From a virus: DNA of 64,000 nt. The stretch is from IMG/VR virus record IMGVR_UViG_3300020045_010841, positions 68,389 through 132,388 of that record. One strand, written 5' to 3'. The notes beneath the pieces are model-generated. The model saw nothing but the letters and a program-made list of their open reading frames with translations, had not been told where the DNA came from and did not search any database. Both the position numbers and the translations under genes were made by a program. Of this stretch, positions 27,546-37,438 are shown piece by piece (the stretch's first letter is position 1; each line of letters opens with the position of its first letter).

Positions 27546-27925
27546 TATTTCTTAATATTAATTAGGATTTGGCTTAGTATATCTTCTTTTTTATTCAAGA
27601 TAGTACCTTTAAGTTCTTGGCGTTGAAGAGATATAATATGTCTTACATTTTTAATCACTCGTTCCAACACACGAGGACTTATATCTAAGTCAATTACATC
27701 TTTAGTATTAACTAATAATACTTTAGATGGGGTAATAATTAATGAATAATGAGTTGATTGATTTGTGATAAAGTACTCACCTAATTCAGGGTCACAAACC
27801 AATACAGATTTTGGGTTGTTGCAGTGACCTACAATGATTTTATAACTAGATATATCATGCTTTGATACATACTTGTTAAATCTTCGTTTGGTTTTATAAT
27901 ATAATCTTCTAAATATCTTTTTCAT
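27545..27925 (-). CDS. hypothetical protein
   Basis: starts MKKIFR within the repeat. Confidence 0.7.
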   Translation of the reverse strand: MKKIFRRLYYKTKRRFNKYVSKHDISSYKIIVGHCNNPKSVLVCDPELGEYFITNQSTHYSLIITPSKVLLVNTKDVIDLDISPRVLERVIKNVRHIISLQRQELKGTILNKKEDILSQILINIKK

Positions 27926-28001
27926 AACTATTTGTTTTTATTTTACTCTGTAAATATACGAATAATATATGAGTATATTTATTCCTTTAATAAATTTCGT
28001 A
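27908..28001. repeat. 94-bp exact direct repeat, copy 2
   Basis: identical to 26210-26303. Confidence 0.9.
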
Positions 28002-28277
28002 CAACCCAATCGAATTATCATCTATAGGTTCTAATCCATCTTTATATTTTAATATTTTAGCATATCCCCCACATTGTTTTTTATATAATAAAGCAGAATT
28101 TTGGGGGATTGGAACATTTGGATGATTCTCAAAATCAATCCAGTATAGACCGCTAGACCAAGAATGAATTCCCCTTTTGGTTTGATATTTTAATTGAATT
28201 GGGTTTAAACTCGATAAACACTGTACTATTTCGGCATTTTCGAAATATTTTTCTACTTCTTCTTGAGTTGGTTTCAT
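27987..28277 (-). CDS. EPQYEIY-tag family protein (variant)
   Basis: start MKPTQEE; C-term IGLYEIY*. Confidence 0.75.
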   Translation of the reverse strand: MKPTQEEVEKYFENAEIVQCLSSLNPIQLKYQTKRGIHSWSSGLYWIDFENHPNVPIPQNSALLYKKQCGGYAKILKYKDGLEPIDDNSIGLYEIY

Positions 28278-28279
28278 AA

Positions 28280-28522
28280 CTAATAAATTTCGTATTGTGG
28301 TTCTTGGTTTATCTTTTTGAAATGTCCCCAACTGTAACACCAATTCCAACCATGATCAAATTCTTTACCTAAAGTATTTTTAAATTTTATTGAATCTCCT
28401 GATTTGTATTGGCCTATATGAGTAATTTGGAATTGATGCCCTACAAATTTATCCATTTCTTTATTCCAACATGTATTACTTTTAGTGATTTCAATCCAAT
28501 CACCTACTTTAAACTCTTCCAT
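28280..28522 (-). CDS. EPQYEIY-tag family protein
   Basis: FKVGDWIEI; EPQYEIY*. Confidence 0.82.
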   Translation of the reverse strand: MEEFKVGDWIEITKSNTCWNKEMDKFVGHQFQITHIGQYKSGDSIKFKNTLGKEFDHGWNWCYSWGHFKKINQEPQYEIY

Positions 28523-28913
28523 TTATCACGATTTGATTAGATACATATGAATCTCTTACTCCATCAAAATCCCCAATATAATATATTGAATCTTTTGGAA
28601 TAGTACATTTTACTATATCATATTCCCATTCTCCTTTAGGAATATTTACAAATGAGTGATATCCTACATCAATACAAATATTATCACAGTGACCCAACGT
28701 AATCCCAAATTCTACAATAGGTTGTAATACACCTACTATATGTAAAGTTTTTCGATATTGTGATTGATATACACCACCCATATCTGTTGGTTTCATTATT
28801 TTATAACATACAATATCTTTTTCAGCCACAAGTGGTTTGATTTTTGGTGTTATACCGAATATTTTTTGGAAAATATTTTTCGGTAAGTTGTCTCTGTAAA
28901 TTGTTAAACACAT
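28509..28913 (-). CDS. hypothetical phage protein
   Basis: AEKDIVCYK...GYHSF...CTIPKDSIYY. Confidence 0.75.
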   Translation of the reverse strand: MCLTIYRDNLPKNIFQKIFGITPKIKPLVAEKDIVCYKIMKPTDMGGVYQSQYRKTLHIVGVLQPIVEFGITLGHCDNICIDVGYHSFVNIPKGEWEYDIVKCTIPKDSIYYIGDFDGVRDSYVSNQIVINGRV

Positions 28914-28915
28914 AA

Positions 28916-29124
28916 TTAATATATTTCGTATTGTGGTTCACCACTGATTAGTATTAAATCTTTATTACCATAACCATTACCAGTTTGATTTGACCATCTA
29001 ACTTGGTATGGAAAAGTTGGGTGGAGGTTTATTTTCGTAATAGTACCTTCCATTTCATCCGGAGCTTGATAAGCATAACCAGATTTGGGATTAATTTTAC
29101 TATATCATTAATTTTAAATTTCAT
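28916..29124 (-). pseudogene. EPQYEIY-tag family gene with 1-nt deletion (or assembly error)
   Basis: MKFKINDIVK plus INPKSGY...ISGEPQYEIY* joined by adding one A to the run near 29096. Confidence 0.7.
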
Positions 29125-29189
29125 AACTGTTTGTTTTAATTATTGTAAATATACGAATAATATCTCGAAAGATTTATTCCTTAATTGGA

Positions 29190-30029
29190 TTATTTTTTAT
29201 ATTCCCATTTGTAACCGAAAGCTGTTTTTGTTTTACCTTTACAACATTGGGTTATACTACTATCGTTTTTGGTTTTATTAAAATAATTCAATACATCAGT
29301 AATTTTATCCCAATCTTTAATAAAATTACCTCCCAAATCATATTGTGTTATTGGTGTAGCTTTTTTAGTTGGTTTATTTAAACGACACAATGACATATTT
29401 TGTTTATGTTCTTCTGTTTTTTTCTTTCCTAACATTGAATTACTAATTTTCATTTTAGTTTCATCTGTAATTATGATATTATTACGGGATAAACCCATTT
29501 TTAATTTAGTTCCATCAGAACATATTTTATCAACATGGGATATTTTCATCTTTTCTTTAGTTTCATCACTAACAATTTTACCCAAATGAATTCTGCCGAT
29601 ATAATTTTTAAATTCTTGAGTATGTTTAGATTTACCTTTTGATGATTTAGATATTTTATCTTTAGTCTCTTGTGTTGCTCTTTTCTTGGATTTACCTTTA
29701 TTAGCTTTGCTTATTTTATCTCCCCACCAAACAACCCTATTTACCCTAATATATTCATACATTCTAGAAGATATCCTATATTTTATAGTTTTGTTTTTTC
29801 CTATAGCCATTAACCAAAGAGCTTGTTTTAATTTAACTTCTTTTGGATGAATTTCTACCAACAACATATGACATAGGAAGTGTTCTCGTGCTGTTAATTC
29901 AACTAAATTTTCTTTATCGTTAGTACCTCCTAAACATTTAGGAATTATATGATGTTTTTCTTTATATCCTTCTAATTGTCTATTTTGTCCTCTTTCGACT
30001 ATTTGATTGTAAATTCTTTGATAATCCAT
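29190..30029 (-). CDS. HNH homing endonuclease with NUMOD3 repeats and C-terminal NUMOD1-like domain
   Basis: EKHHIIPKCLGG...NLVELTAREHF..H; ETK.KIS repeats; QYDL.GNFIK.W...CCKGK.KTAFGYKW. Confidence 0.9.
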   Translation of the reverse strand: MDYQRIYNQIVERGQNRQLEGYKEKHHIIPKCLGGTNDKENLVELTAREHFLCHMLLVEIHPKEVKLKQALWLMAIGKNKTIKYRISSRMYEYIRVNRVVWWGDKISKANKGKSKKRATQETKDKISKSSKGKSKHTQEFKNYIGRIHLGKIVSDETKEKMKISHVDKICSDGTKLKMGLSRNNIIITDETKMKISNSMLGKKKTEEHKQNMSLCRLNKPTKKATPITQYDLGGNFIKDWDKITDVLNYFNKTKNDSSITQCCKGKTKTAFGYKWEYKK

Positions 30030-30065
30030 AATATACGTGTTTATTTACGTATAAATATATTAAAA

Positions 30066-31187
30066 TTAAATATCATGTCGATCTATGTTTATTACTTTTG
30101 GAAACCTTAATGAACCATCAACAGTTTTTTCAAAATATTTTACAGTACTTGTCTTACCTATTAATTGTTCTTTATCTTTCCATACTTGTGTTAGGAAGTC
30201 CATTGTACCATTTATGGTTGCTTTAAATTCAATGCCTTCTTTTGTTTTATAAGTGCATGTAGCCGCTTTATTGGCAAATTTACCTATACCTTCATTAATG
30301 GATATAATAGCAAATTCATCATCATAAAATTCCTTATGCTTAATCAATGCACGACTGCGCTTATTTTCATATAACGAATCGGGTACGCGAAGTATTTGGC
30401 CCTCAAATCCTTGTTCGATATATTCCGCTAATTTTGCGTGGAGTTCTTCCTTATTATTTATAAAATATGTTGGGACTGTAACTAACATAAATGAATTTAT
30501 TTCATCTAATAGATCAGATAATTTAAATAATCTATCTTTACATCCATAATCTTTATTATCCCAATTAGGTAAATCGTATACCCAATAATTGATATATTGT
30601 TTAGATGTTTCTAAATCCTGTTCAGTAGGTTTTGTTTTACGAACACAAGATATAATTGTATTGAAATCAATATCTTTATTGCTTGTGTATAATTCTCCAT
30701 CCAAAATTAAATCGGGATATATTTCAAATATATGTTTAATACTTTCAAATATATGAGGAGCAGATAATACTTCTTTACCTGTTCGTGACCACATTCCATC
30801 AGACTTAATTATACACCTCATTCCATCCAATTTCGCTTGGCTTAAAATCGGATATTTTATTATTTTAATTTTATCTATATCCGTGGCCAACATTGGACTA
30901 TAGTAAACTTTTTTATCACAATCTTTAATATCCTCATGATAACCCAAATCCTTTCTTTTTTGCCACATTTGGGTTGCCTCAAATAACGCTTGTTCTTGAG
31001 GGGTAGTTTCATTAGATTTACCAATGTTTTTACCAATGCAGCGTGTTGGTTCGTTTTGGAATTGTTTCATATCTACTTTACCAGATGTAGAGTAATAACT
31101 ATCTCCCTCAATAGTAATACTCCATTGATTGATATTATCCTTTTGGTTTGACCTTTTATATAAAGTAGGTAATTTAGTAGATTTCAT
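30066..31187 (-). CDS. ATP-dependent DNA ligase
   Basis: PMLA, KLDGMRC, LDGELY, EGQILR, YENKRS..L.K.K, LRFP. Confidence 0.92.
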   Translation of the reverse strand: MKSTKLPTLYKRSNQKDNINQWSITIEGDSYYSTSGKVDMKQFQNEPTRCIGKNIGKSNETTPQEQALFEATQMWQKRKDLGYHEDIKDCDKKVYYSPMLATDIDKIKIIKYPILSQAKLDGMRCIIKSDGMWSRTGKEVLSAPHIFESIKHIFEIYPDLILDGELYTSNKDIDFNTIISCVRKTKPTEQDLETSKQYINYWVYDLPNWDNKDYGCKDRLFKLSDLLDEINSFMLVTVPTYFINNKEELHAKLAEYIEQGFEGQILRVPDSLYENKRSRALIKHKEFYDDEFAIISINEGIGKFANKAATCTYKTKEGIEFKATINGTMDFLTQVWKDKEQLIGKTSTVKYFEKTVDGSLRFPKVINIDRHDI

Positions 31188-31437
31188 ATTGTGGTGTAAA
31201 ATTTTGAGGTATTTCTTTTATATTTGTTATTCCTTGGTTATACGCCTGGGTTTCGGTATTAGTTGCTTTTCTCCAAGAATGAGAGTCCGCAGAGTTTGTA
31301 TCTTTTATATAATACATAACATCATTTGAAAATCCTATTACAACAAACATATCTCCAATTGAACGAAATAATTTTCTATTTTCTAAAGATACAATGATAT
31401 CTCCAATATTATATCCTTCCCAGTTAATAGATTTCAT
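31174..31437 (-). CDS. EPQYEIY-tag family protein
   Basis: TPQYEIY*; its tag supplies the ligase ATG. Confidence 0.8.
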   Translation of the reverse strand: MKSINWEGYNIGDIIVSLENRKLFRSIGDMFVVIGFSNDVMYYIKDTNSADSHSWRKATNTETQAYNQGITNIKEIPQNFTPQYEIY

Positions 31438-31675
31438 ATTGTGGTTCTCGAGGTTTAATTTTTAGTACTAGTATTTCAAATTCTTCAAATGTAATTTCTT
31501 CTACATCAGGTTTTGATGTTACATTATATCCAATTTTGTCCATATAACCAGGATACATTAACCATCCACCAATACTAGAACCAGATATTTCAGCGTCTGT
31601 TCTCCATTTACTTAAAACTTTACAATTTTCGAGTGTAGTTTGGATACACCACTTTTCAGGTAATTCGGTTCTCAT
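31424..31675 (-). CDS. EPQYEIY-tag family protein (LPxKW...ITFEEF subfamily)
   Basis: EPQYEIY*. Confidence 0.82.
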   Translation of the reverse strand: MRTELPEKWCIQTTLENCKVLSKWRTDAEISGSSIGGWLMYPGYMDKIGYNVTSKPDVEEITFEEFEILVLKIKPREPQYEIY

Positions 31676-31735
31676 AACTATTTTGTTTTACTTTGTAAAT
31701 ATATGAATAATATTATAATAAATTTATTCCTTAAT

Positions 31736-31978
31736 CTAATAAATTTCGTAATTTGATTCTGTTTTATTAATAATAACTGCCCAAATGTTATTTCTAGAAC
31801 AATATATTTGATTTTTCCCCAAAAATATACTATCAGTAATATGATAATGAGGAACATTATATTGTTCCTTGTCACTCCTTGCAATTATTGTTGAGTCTTC
31901 ATTTGCTTCAAATCCCTCTCTACTTATATTATCCCCAAAACTATACCTTTTAGCAAATTCTAATTTATCATCCATCAT
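31736..31978 (-). CDS. EPQYEIY-tag family protein (variant)
   Basis: ESNYEIY*. Confidence 0.75.
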   Translation of the reverse strand: MMDDKLEFAKRYSFGDNISREGFEANEDSTIIARSDKEQYNVPHYHITDSIFLGKNQIYCSRNNIWAVIINKTESNYEIY

Positions 31979-32247
31979 CTTATATTTATCTTATAAGTAC
32001 TATTTTCAGTTTCTAAAATCATAGCATCAGAGTCGAATGATTTTACTCTTGATGTCCAAGCAGTTCTATGATTTCCCAATTTAGGTTCATCTGTATTTAA
32101 TGAATAAAGAATAAATTGTTCATCAATAATAGGTTCAACAACACAATATCCTTGTATTTCTTTACTACCAACATTAATAAAATTGGGGTGGTTACCGTTA
32201 AACTTTTTATCTTCTAATTTTTCGAGTATTAAATATTTACCTTTCAT
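31975..32247 (-). CDS. hypothetical protein
   Basis: HPNFINVG...TSRVK...ETENSTYKI. Confidence 0.7.
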   Translation of the reverse strand: MKGKYLILEKLEDKKFNGNHPNFINVGSKEIQGYCVVEPIIDEQFILYSLNTDEPKLGNHRTAWTSRVKSFDSDAMILETENSTYKINIR

Positions 32248-32249
32248 AA

Positions 32250-32510
32250 CTAATAAATTTCGTATTGTGGTTCGTAATCTAGTAGTTCAAACTCGGCTAT
32301 ACCATTTGGGTTTTTATTTATATCTACCCCATCAATTCCCCAAGTCTTTGTAAAACCATATCTCTCCGTGGCCTCATAACCTTGTCTTTTGTTTTGAGCA
32401 ATATAAAAAATCCCATCAAAACCTAAAATACCTTTAGTCACTTTGTCCCCATGAATTTTGCAGGTTATTTTTTTACCTACCATATCTCTTGTAAGTTTTT
32501 CTACTTTCAT
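32250..32510 (-). CDS. EPQYEIY-tag family protein
   Basis: EPQYEIY*. Confidence 0.82.
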   Translation of the reverse strand: MKVEKLTRDMVGKKITCKIHGDKVTKGILGFDGIFYIAQNKRQGYEATERYGFTKTWGIDGVDINKNPNGIAEFELLDYEPQYEIY

Positions 32511-32525
32511 AACTACTTAATTAAA

Positions 32526-32813
32526 TTAATATATTTCGTATTGGGGTTCACCCCCGGTTTCAATTAAATTCTTTATTTGTTCGTATGTTAGGGGATTTGT
32601 GACTTGTTGTCTACTACTAGTAACCCATTTACCCTTTGCGTTGAAGCGGAAATTATTTTGGAATTGGTTTGCATTATACCATCCCACATTATTAGTATAA
32701 TTAGAATGAGAGGGATATTTATTCTTTTTCAATAATTTATAAACTTCTTCTCGTTCTTGGACGGTACATGTTAAATGTGTTACTCCGTCACCTTCTTTAA
32801 ATTGATATTTCAT
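32526..32813 (-). CDS. EPQYEIY-tag family protein
   Basis: EPQYEIY*; similar to 34380-34646. Confidence 0.82.
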   Translation of the reverse strand: MKYQFKEGDGVTHLTCTVQEREEVYKLLKKNKYPSHSNYTNNVGWYNANQFQNNFRFNAKGKWVTSSRQQVTNPLTYEQIKNLIETGGEPQYEIY

Positions 32814-33037
32814 TAGTATATTTCGTATTGTGGTTCTGAATTTGGTTCCGTTATTAAAGTAATACTCATACCCGAGATCATATTGTTTATTCTTGATACA
32901 GAATATCCTTTATAATCTTCTTTGGTTGAGGTCTTTTGGAATTTCATTGAATCGCCACCTTTATCGTCTAATAAGACATATTCGTTTGATCCTTGTTTAC
33001 AAATAGTTCCGATTAATTGTTTTTTTGTATATTTCAT
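32813..33037 (-). CDS. EPQYEIY-tag family protein
   Basis: EPQYEIY*. Confidence 0.8.
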   Translation of the reverse strand: MKYTKKQLIGTICKQGSNEYVLLDDKGGDSMKFQKTSTKEDYKGYSVSRINNMISGMSITLITEPNSEPQYEIY

Positions 33038-33040
33038 AAT

Positions 33041-33325
33041 TTAATATATTTCGTATTGTGGATTGTTTATCATTTGTTCAAAAGATATTTTATTAAAGGG
33101 AATAAATTTCCTTACTTTCATACATGCTTTAATCCACAATATTTCTTCAGGAGTAGCAGGGATATAAGCTTCAAATTTATCGTAACTCCCATGTTCTGTT
33201 TTTTCTTTACGATATTTACTCCAACCAGGAGTAATAGTACATATAGCATCATTTTTACCATAAAGTAAAATATTACCATTTTTATGTTTTAAATAAGCAC
33301 CTTCTGTTGGTTTTATATATTTCAT
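33041..33325 (-). CDS. EPQYEIY-tag family protein
   Basis: PATPEEI.W...C; NPQYEIY*. Confidence 0.8.
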   Translation of the reverse strand: MKYIKPTEGAYLKHKNGNILLYGKNDAICTITPGWSKYRKEKTEHGSYDKFEAYIPATPEEILWIKACMKVRKFIPFNKISFEQMINNPQYEIY

Positions 33326-33327
33326 GA

Positions 33328-33573
33328 TTAGTATATTTCGTATTGGGGTTCAATATTTTGCCCCAAAATTATTCTTCTAAATTCATCAACAGAAATTTTA
33401 ATACTCTCGGTACCAAATGATGTACACACAGGCTGGCCGTTTTCGTATCCATAATATGAAGGATCAGAGCCGTTCCATCCCCAATTTGTTCCCCTACTTT
33501 TAATATACGGTTTTACATATTTATCAAAATCAGGTAATGAAAATCTTACTAAGAAATTATTTTTATTTATCAT
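33328..33573 (-). CDS. EPQYEIY-tag family protein
   Basis: EPQYEIY*. Confidence 0.8.
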   Translation of the reverse strand: MINKNNFLVRFSLPDFDKYVKPYIKSRGTNWGWNGSDPSYYGYENGQPVCTSFGTESIKISVDEFRRIILGQNIEPQYEIY

Positions 33574-33592
33574 AACTAAATATATTTTGTAT

Positions 33593-33775
33593 TTATTTCA
33601 TTAAGTAATTAATTCCTATAATAACTAATAAAACTAATATAACCCAAAATAATATAATATTTTGAGAATATATAGATATTAATAGCGCCGAAGCCATCAA
33701 TATATCATAATTACCATTTGTATTATTGATATTTAAAATCATCGCTATTCCTAATATAATCGAGATTGTTAACAT
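33593..33775 (-). CDS. small membrane protein
   Basis: hydrophobic ORF downstream of promoter. Confidence 0.55.
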   Translation of the reverse strand: MLTISIILGIAMILNINNTNGNYDILMASALLISIYSQNIILFWVILVLLVIIGINYLMK

Positions 33776-33791
33776 ATACTTTATTTTAAAT

Positions 33792-34148
33792 TTACTCTGT
33801 AAATATATGAATATCTTTTAAAGAATCCAGTTCCTTATATTCATCTAAATATTTTAGTAATTCTTCCCATTCATCATCCATCCATTTTTGTACTTTTTTA
33901 GGTACTTTAGTTGTAGTGAATGGCGTATTTTTTAAAAATGTGTCATTAATACTGAAATTATTAAATTCTATAATATCAGCGTCGAGCTGTTTACTAAATG
34001 ATATATAATCTTCAATAATATTACCTTCATTTTCTTCATCAATGTTAAATTGTGGTGAATGGAAAAATTGGACTATTTCACCACCCGAAGCCATAACGTT
34101 TGGGGTGGTGGATAGTAGTTTTGCAACTTGTAATTTAGAAAATTTCAT
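33792..34148 (-). CDS. hypothetical protein
   Basis: ATG inside upstream tag. Confidence 0.7.
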   Translation of the reverse strand: MKFSKLQVAKLLSTTPNVMASGGEIVQFFHSPQFNIDEENEGNIIEDYISFSKQLDADIIEFNNFSINDTFLKNTPFTTTKVPKKVQKWMDDEWEELLKYLDEYKELDSLKDIHIFTE

Positions 34149-34377
34149 ATTGTGGTTCTTTCTTTTTAACTAAAGATATAATTAAATTGGTATGAGATAT
34201 AAAATATTTACCATTATAACAAACCATAAAACTTCCTTCACGTATGCTTAATCCTGTGGGATTTTTTTTATGGTCTATTTCCAACAGTTCAACTTCTACA
34301 TATTTCTTATTATATGGTAGTCCATTACCAGTACCAGCAGATTTCATTTTTACTAAATCACCAACTTCATACTTCAT
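34135..34377 (-). CDS. EPQYEIY-tag family protein
   Basis: KYEVGDLVK; EPQYEIF*. Confidence 0.8.
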   Translation of the reverse strand: MKYEVGDLVKMKSAGTGNGLPYNKKYVEVELLEIDHKKNPTGLSIREGSFMVCYNGKYFISHTNLIISLVKKKEPQYEIF

Positions 34378-34379
34378 AA

Positions 34380-34646
34380 TTAATAAATTTCGTATTGTGG
34401 TTCAGTTTCTTGTCCTAATATTCTATGAATTTCATACCAGGACATTAAATTAGCTCCCTCCATTCCTCCAAACATCCATTCATTATCCACATATTTAAAA
34501 TAACTATCTAATCCACCAGCCATTCTATTTTTAGTAGACATATACATAGATTCTCCACTATCTTCTAATAATTGATGAAGTTTAATAAAATCTTCATGTA
34601 ATATTCCTTCTAATGAAATACAATCACCATCTTTAAATTTACTCAT
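34380..34646 (-). CDS. EPQYEIY-tag family protein
   Basis: KFKDGDCI; EPQYEIY*. Confidence 0.82.
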   Translation of the reverse strand: MSKFKDGDCISLEGILHEDFIKLHQLLEDSGESMYMSTKNRMAGGLDSYFKYVDNEWMFGGMEGANLMSWYEIHRILGQETEPQYEIY

Positions 34647-34669
34647 AATTTTATTATTTAATTGGCCTC

Positions 34670-34927
34670 CTAAGAGGCCATAAATTTATTTAATTGTTCT
34701 TCATTGATGAAACCCACATTGCGTTTAATTTCATTTCCTTGTTCATCCAATAATACTAAACACGGAACACCTCGTATTCCGTATTTTTGAGTGATTTCAG
34801 GATTTTCATGACAGTCTATGGACTCAAATAACACATCATTGTTTTCTATGCTAACCTTATCGAATATTGGTTTGAGTGATATACAAGGTGAACAGGTTTT
34901 GGTACTAAATTTAATTATCTTCTTCAT
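34670..34927 (-). CDS. thioredoxin
   Basis: KFSTKTCSPC (CxxC)...YGIRGVPCLV. Confidence 0.88.
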   Translation of the reverse strand: MKKIIKFSTKTCSPCISLKPIFDKVSIENNDVLFESIDCHENPEITQKYGIRGVPCLVLLDEQGNEIKRNVGFINEEQLNKFMAS

Positions 34928-35708
34928 CTTTCCATTGTATTAGTGGACATTGTTGTTTATAGAAGTTATAGATCATATCACCAACTATAACAAAACCATA
35001 CCACACAAATTTGAACGGTTTAGCGATATAACCCCATATTTTCCAAGGAGAGGAAGTACATGAATTACATTTTCGGGAATCTCGATAGTCTTGTATTTGG
35101 ATCCCAACCCAAATAATTCCGCCCATAGTGGTTATTGCAATAACTATAATCAAAATTGTTTTGAGAAATACGGCCCAATCTATAGCAGCACATACTGCAG
35201 ATAAAAGCAAGAAAATATTATATAATACATAACTTGCAACTAATACAGCAATAGTACCTAATATAATCTTAATATATGTTTTATTAAGCAGTTCTGTTGT
35301 TCTTTGTTGTTTTTTTAGGTGGAGTTTTTCTCGATAATTCCAATATAATTCATATATTCTAGAATATTCGTTATAAGGTAAAATATAATTATAATCACTC
35401 CAACACTTAGATTTAACTAATTTCCATGCATCAAATCCTGTTGTTATAGTAACACATAAAGCAATTAATTTTTCTTTATTCTTTTGATGATCAATAATTC
35501 TTCTTTTACTTCGATAATTTGAATGAATATTACCCAGGTATTTCCATCCATTAGCTAAAGCAATAATTGGTAATACTAATATTGTGAGTATTAGTTGCCA
35601 GAAATACGGACACATGGTTTTAAAATGTTTTGTAGCATCTATGTCCCAAGCCCACTTGAATAATTTAACATGCCACGCATTTTTACTAAACGAATATAAG
35701 TTTTTCAT
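34911..35708 (-). CDS. membrane protein
   Basis: several hydrophobic segments, CPYFW motif. Confidence 0.75.
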   Translation of the reverse strand: MKNLYSFSKNAWHVKLFKWAWDIDATKHFKTMCPYFWQLILTILVLPIIALANGWKYLGNIHSNYRSKRRIIDHQKNKEKLIALCVTITTGFDAWKLVKSKCWSDYNYILPYNEYSRIYELYWNYREKLHLKKQQRTTELLNKTYIKIILGTIAVLVASYVLYNIFLLLSAVCAAIDWAVFLKTILIIVIAITTMGGIIWVGIQIQDYRDSRKCNSCTSSPWKIWGYIAKPFKFVWYGFVIVGDMIYNFYKQQCPLIQWKDEEDN

Positions 35709-35794
35709 AATCTTAATTTTATTTTTATTTTTGTTAATTTATGTAAATATACGAAAGGTCCCCTAAGGGACCTATTCCTTATCTAAAATACTCA

Positions 35795-36001
35795 TTATAG
35801 TACTTCTAATATATTTGTAACCTTTACCGATTTAACCTCATAATCAAGGTTGTTACCTTCATCTGTAAATTTCTTCACTACAGATGTTTCGGCTTCAAGA
35901 CATCCTGTAGCACTAACCAAATATTGTTCGGTAGTTTTTGTTACTTTTCCTTTTTCGTTTATGTCTTTTAATACAACATTCACTTGATAATACTTTTCCA
36001 T
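35795..36001 (-). CDS. DUF4494-like protein
   Basis: EKGKVTKTTEQYLVSA....EAE pattern recalled from Bacteroidota DUF4494. Confidence 0.65.
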   Translation of the reverse strand: MEKYYQVNVVLKDINEKGKVTKTTEQYLVSATGCLEAETSVVKKFTDEGNNLDYEVKSVKVTNILEVL

Positions 36002-36378
36002 TATTTTGTATATTTAATTACTAATTTTTCAATTGTTTCTTCTACATTTCCAGAAATATTAGCAATGATAATATCTCTTTCAATTGTTTTTTCATCTACG
36101 GATGATTTGGGTTTGATTGGGGAATGTACATTTACCACATAATAGTTACTACCCTCATTAGCATCAACATGTAATCCTTCACTTCGTAAAGAAATTTCAG
36201 CTGCTAATTCTCTTCTAAATACATTCATTCTTTCTCTACATTCTTTTTCTAGTTCATCTTCTAGTTTTTTCAATCTTCTATATTCTACTTGTTCTGCAGA
36301 ATCTTTAGATTTGTCTTTAATTTGTTCTAAAACTGTTGATACAATCGCATCCACTTCATACTTGTTTAATCTTGCCAT
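36001..36378 (-). CDS. hypothetical protein
   Basis: ORF in operon. Confidence 0.7.
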   Translation of the reverse strand: MARLNKYEVDAIVSTVLEQIKDKSKDSAEQVEYRRLKKLEDELEKECRERMNVFRRELAAEISLRSEGLHVDANEGSNYYVVNVHSPIKPKSSVDEKTIERDIIIANISGNVEETIEKLVIKYTK

Positions 36379-36562
36379 AATCTTAATTTGTTTTTTTATT
36401 GGTTAATTTTTATTAATTCTTGATAAATACCCATAGCATTATCATAACCCTCCCAATTTTGGACACCGGCTTGATCTAAGGCATTTAGTTCTTGTTCTTT
36501 TGCGATGAGTTCCTCAAATCGCTCGAATGTTATTAGCATTTCTCCCATAATTTTATTTTTAT

Positions 36563-36799
36563 TTAATATATTTCGTAGTTTGGTTCAAAAGCAGGAATTT
36601 CATGAGGTTCTGCTAATCTGAGATGGTGTTCTGATGGACTCCAATACCAATTCCCATTATCTCCTGTCATATCAAAATTACTATTTGGGTTGTTTGGTAT
36701 TTGTAGTACCATACCATGAAGTTCTTCCATGAAACTGTTCACATTACTTACTTTTGGGTCTTTTGTAGTAATTACAACCCATTCTCCTTTTCTAATCAT
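36563..36799 (-). CDS. EPQYEIY-tag family protein
   Basis: RKGEWVVI...RLAEPHEI; EPNYEIY*. Confidence 0.8.
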   Translation of the reverse strand: MIRKGEWVVITTKDPKVSNVNSFMEELHGMVLQIPNNPNSNFDMTGDNGNWYWSPSEHHLRLAEPHEIPAFEPNYEIY

Positions 36800-36851
36800 A
36801 ACTTATAAGTTTATTAAGTAAATATACGAATTTCAAATTTAATTTCCAAAT

Positions 36852-37121
36852 TTAATAAATTTCATATTGAGGTTCTTCAGGTTTAGGATTCAATACCCAT
36901 TTTTCAAATTGCTCAAATGTTATTTCGGTATATCTCTCTTTGGGAGTGGATGTATGATATCCCTTCTTAAATCCATTTCCATCACCCCAATTAGGATAAT
37001 GAAAATGAGTTCCATCCGAATAACTTTTCGACCCACATCCCTTATTAAAATAGTCGTATATTTTTGGAGAATTTTTATTTCGGGGATTTTCTATAAACCA
37101 CTTTTTAGGTAATTTTTCCAT
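36852..37121 (-). CDS. EPQYEIY-tag family protein (LPxKW...ITFEQF subfamily)
   Basis: EPQYEIY*. Confidence 0.82.
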   Translation of the reverse strand: MEKLPKKWFIENPRNKNSPKIYDYFNKGCGSKSYSDGTHFHYPNWGDGNGFKKGYHTSTPKERYTEITFEQFEKWVLNPKPEEPQYEIY

Positions 37122-37438
37122 TAATCTTCTATATTAAATACAATTTTTTCAAAATTTCTTACTTTAGCAGCTTCTTCATACATTTCTTTAGATACGAAGT
37201 ATTCTTTCATTTCATCAAAACATTCAGACCATTCTTTATCTAAAATAGACATGAATTTTAGATGTTCTTCACCAACAACACTAACTTTATATATATCTAC
37301 AGTTTTTGGGATTTGTTCTTTTTTCCATGATTTTTGGAGTTTATCTAACGTATATAAATGAATTTTTTCTTCATTGTCGTTATAATAATCCATCATTTCA
37401 TCGAAATCATCAAATTTGAGTTGTTTTAATCTTGCCAT
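37121..37438 (-). CDS. hypothetical protein with UVR-like C-terminal motif
   Basis: EMYEEAAKVRN. Confidence 0.65.
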   Translation of the reverse strand: MARLKQLKFDDFDEMMDYYNDNEEKIHLYTLDKLQKSWKKEQIPKTVDIYKVSVVGEEHLKFMSILDKEWSECFDEMKEYFVSKEMYEEAAKVRNFEKIVFNIED

